NCBI GenBank assembly: GCA_024225275.1
Contig: JAAEMS010000170.1
Location: forward strand, 2,592 to 66,591
DNA: 64,000 nucleotides
Reading direction: 5' to 3'
Source of the DNA: Actinomycetes bacterium
Lineage (GTDB): Bacteria > Actinomycetota > Acidimicrobiia > Acidimicrobiales > JAAEMS01
A program made the translations under genes and the position numbers. Positions within the stretch are counted from its first letter, which is position 1. Every line of letters begins with the position of its first letter. The notes beneath the pieces are model-generated. The model did no database searches. It was given only the letters and a program-made list of their open reading frames with translations, and was not told where the DNA came from. This document shows positions 62,171 through 64,000 of the stretch, piece after piece.

Positions 62171-62992
62171 TCAGCTGAACAATCCGTCGAGCGAGCCGTC
62201 GATGGCGTCGTGGCGAGCTCCCTCGTGGGTGATCCTGCTCAGCCAGCTGACCGACACAAAACCCTGCATCACCGCACCCGCATCTGTCTCTGCGGGCAAC
62301 TCGACGGGGTCACCCCATGTCATCTTCACCCGCCAGCTGTTCTCGTGGCCGGCCACAGGCTCGAGATCGACGCCAGACATGGTTCGGGGGGGCCGGAGAC
62401 CCACCTCGGTGTGACGCCAGCCCTTCATCTCGGCGATGGGCAGGTTGGGCACGTTCACGTTGAGCACCACCGGCTCGGCGGGAAGGCCGTCAGCGACCAT
62501 GGCCCCGACCGCGGTGCTGGCCACCTCGACCGCCGGATCCCACAGCTGCCTATCGAGGACGTCATCCCAGCCCTGACCTTCAACACCCCATTCGGCCACC
62601 GCCTGGCTCACGGCGACTCCGCTGATCCCCCCATTTCGACCGGTCAGACAGGCGCCGATAGTGCCCGAGTGATAGACGCTACGACCCACATTGGAGCCTG
62701 GGTTCACGCCTGACACCACGAGGTCGAACGGCTCGCCGAAGGCCCCCAGGCGGGCAAACATCACGCACAAGCCCGGGGGGCCGGTGACGGCCCAGGTCTC
62801 ATCGATGCCGGAGAGATCGCGCCGGTGGACCTCGGGCTGGAGCACATGAAGGGCACCAACCGCAGCCCCGGCGCCGGAGTACTCGGTGTCGGGGGCGGCC
62901 ACGACGACCTCGCCATGGTCGGTCATGGCCTGGGCCAGCTTGTGGAGCCCGATCGAATCAATGCCGTCGTCATTCGTTACCAGGATGCGCAC
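62171..62992 (-). CDS. surE: 5'/3'-nucleotidase SurE
   Basis: [25 protein letters not shown] and YSGTIGA. Confidence 0.92.
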   Translation of the reverse strand: MRILVTNDDGIDSIGLHKLAQAMTDHGEVVVAAPDTEYSGAGAAVGALHVLQPEVHRRDLSGIDETWAVTGPPGLCVMFARLGAFGEPFDLVVSGVNPGSNVGRSVYHSGTIGACLTGRNGGISGVAVSQAVAEWGVEGQGWDDVLDRQLWDPAVEVASTAVGAMVADGLPAEPVVLNVNVPNLPIAEMKGWRHTEVGLRPPRTMSGVDLEPVAGHENSWRVKMTWGDPVELPAETDAGAVMQGFVSVSWLSRITHEGARHDAIDGSLDGLFS

Positions 62993-63043
62993 GTGCTCAG
63001 AGCCTTCCAGGAGGGGGGGGGTTCCAATGGGGTGAAGAGGCCG

Positions 63044-64000
63044 TCAGCCCGCCTCGCGCGGAATCGTCCATTGGAGCACCGTGCCACCGGTAACCCCCAC
63101 GGTGATGTCGAGCGAGCCATCGAGTCGGCCGGCCCGGTCGGCCATGTTGGCCAGACCACTGCGGCGGGTCACGTCAGCCAGGCCCACACCATCGTCGCTG
63201 ACCGTGACCCTGATGCGGTCGGTGACCTCGACACTGACCTCGGCACTGCTGGCCTGGGCGTGCCGGGCCACATTGGTGAGTCCCTCGCGGACCACGGCCA
63301 CGATGTGGGGCACGACCTCGCTGCGACCCAGGCTGTCGATGGGTCCGCTGAACGCCAGATGGGGCTCGAATCCCAGGGTGGGGGTGAGATCGGCAACGAT
63401 GCGAACGATCTCATCCTTCATGTCGACCCCCTTGTCGGACTGCCGCGTGCTCACGTCATAGATCACGCCGCGGATCGAGCGGATCACGTCATCGATGGCG
63501 ACGATCGATCGATCGACCCGGGCGGCGGTATCGGGGTCCCCGATGGTCGAGAGGGTGGCCTGTAGTCCCATGCCGATGGCGAACAGCTCCTGGATGACCG
63601 AGTCGTGGAGATCGCGGGCGATGCGGTCGTGGTCCTCAGCCAGGAGATGGCGGCGAGTGGACTCGGCCAGCCTCTGTTCGGTCCCGACCCAATCGCTCAC
63701 GTCACGTACCGCGGCGAGCGTCCAGCGGGTGCCGTTCTCGATGAGCGGAGCCAGAGAGATCTGCACCGGAAAGATGCTGTCGTCAGCCCGACGGCCCTCG
63801 AGATGGCGATCACGACCCATGGGTCGGCGGGCTGGATCGATGGAATACGCCTCGCGCAGATTCCTGTGGGCCACCACGGCATCGGCGGGCACCAGATCCT
63901 CGACGGGACAGCCGATCAGATCATCGGCCGCCAACCCGAACAGGGCCTCGACCTCGGAGTTGGCCCAGCGGACACAACCGTCCTCGTCAACGAGAATCAG
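63044..64000 (-). CDS. PAS-domain sensor histidine kinase (HisKA_3 / NarL-partner type); the N terminus runs off the right window edge
   Basis: The H-box is HDRIARDLHDSVIQELFAIGMGLQ. The ATPase region is REGLTNVARHAQAS...VSDDGVGL. The frame stays open above 63934 (LILVDEDGCVRWANSEVEALFGL), so the true start lies beyond 64000. Confidence 0.88.
   Translation of the reverse strand: MILVDEDGCVRWANSEVEALFGLAADDLIGCPVEDLVPADAVVAHRNLREAYSIDPARRPMGRDRHLEGRRADDSIFPVQISLAPLIENGTRWTLAAVRDVSDWVGTEQRLAESTRRHLLAEDHDRIARDLHDSVIQELFAIGMGLQATLSTIGDPDTAARVDRSIVAIDDVIRSIRGVIYDVSTRQSDKGVDMKDEIVRIVADLTPTLGFEPHLAFSGPIDSLGRSEVVPHIVAVVREGLTNVARHAQASSAEVSVEVTDRIRVTVSDDGVGLADVTRRSGLANMADRAGRLDGSLDITVGVTGGTVLQWTIPREAG

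Noticed and set aside
1-64000. Mobile elements, prophage, tRNA/rRNA genes, toxin-antitoxin or known defence systems
   Set aside because: No transposase, integrase, recombinase, phage structural, Cas or restriction-modification signatures were recognised in any frame, and no cloverleaf-like tRNA sequences were noticed in the spacers. This is a negative result from visual inspection only.

Overview
High-GC (by eye about 68-70%) chromosomal segment. Gene content (F420-type LLM oxidoreductase, WhiG/FliA-like sigma factor, SipW-dependent exported protein) points to a motile member of the Actinomycetota or a close relative. Positions 1-24.8 kb hold ordinary housekeeping and accessory metabolism plus a few envelope genes. 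Positions 24,947-56,322 hold a nearly complete Gram-positive-type flagellar regulon of about 31 kb, arranged as two divergent gene blocks that meet at the fliA|fliM intergenic region. The minus block runs fliA-flgN-flgK-flgL / flbD-motA-motB-fliL / fliC-fliD-fliS / flgB-flgC-fliE-fliF-fliG-fliH-fliI-fliJ-SLT-fliK-flgD-flgE. The plus block runs fliM-fliN-fliO-fliP-fliQ-fliR-flhB / flhA-flhF-like-orf-fliW-csrA. Positions 56.3-64 kb return to metabolism (aldehyde dehydrogenase, LLM oxidoreductase, thioesterase, glycosyltransferase, cspA, surE, and a PAS histidine kinase that runs off the right edge). I found no rRNA, tRNA, CRISPR array, transposase, integrase or recognisable defence system, and I cannot point to a clear new multi-gene system. 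The observations most worth a second look are: (1) an FlhF-like protein whose GTPase motifs are all degenerate, with no FlhG and an unknown acidic membrane protein coupled to it; (2) a recurring CTAAT(A/G) box, often preceded by CCGGGAC, upstream of four flagellar transcription units and one neighbouring membrane-protein gene; (3) a FliW-CsrA pair together with GGA motifs in the flagellin leader; (4) a SipW-type signal peptidase fused in frame to a polytopic sensor-like domain, next to a TasA-like substrate gene; (5) a translationally coupled HExxH-lipoprotein / tandem-NYN / ung trio; (6) several short tandem duplications at gene junctions, plus a duplicated hairpin module inside the flagellar cluster. 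All functional calls come from reading motifs in the translated ORFs. No database search was possible.
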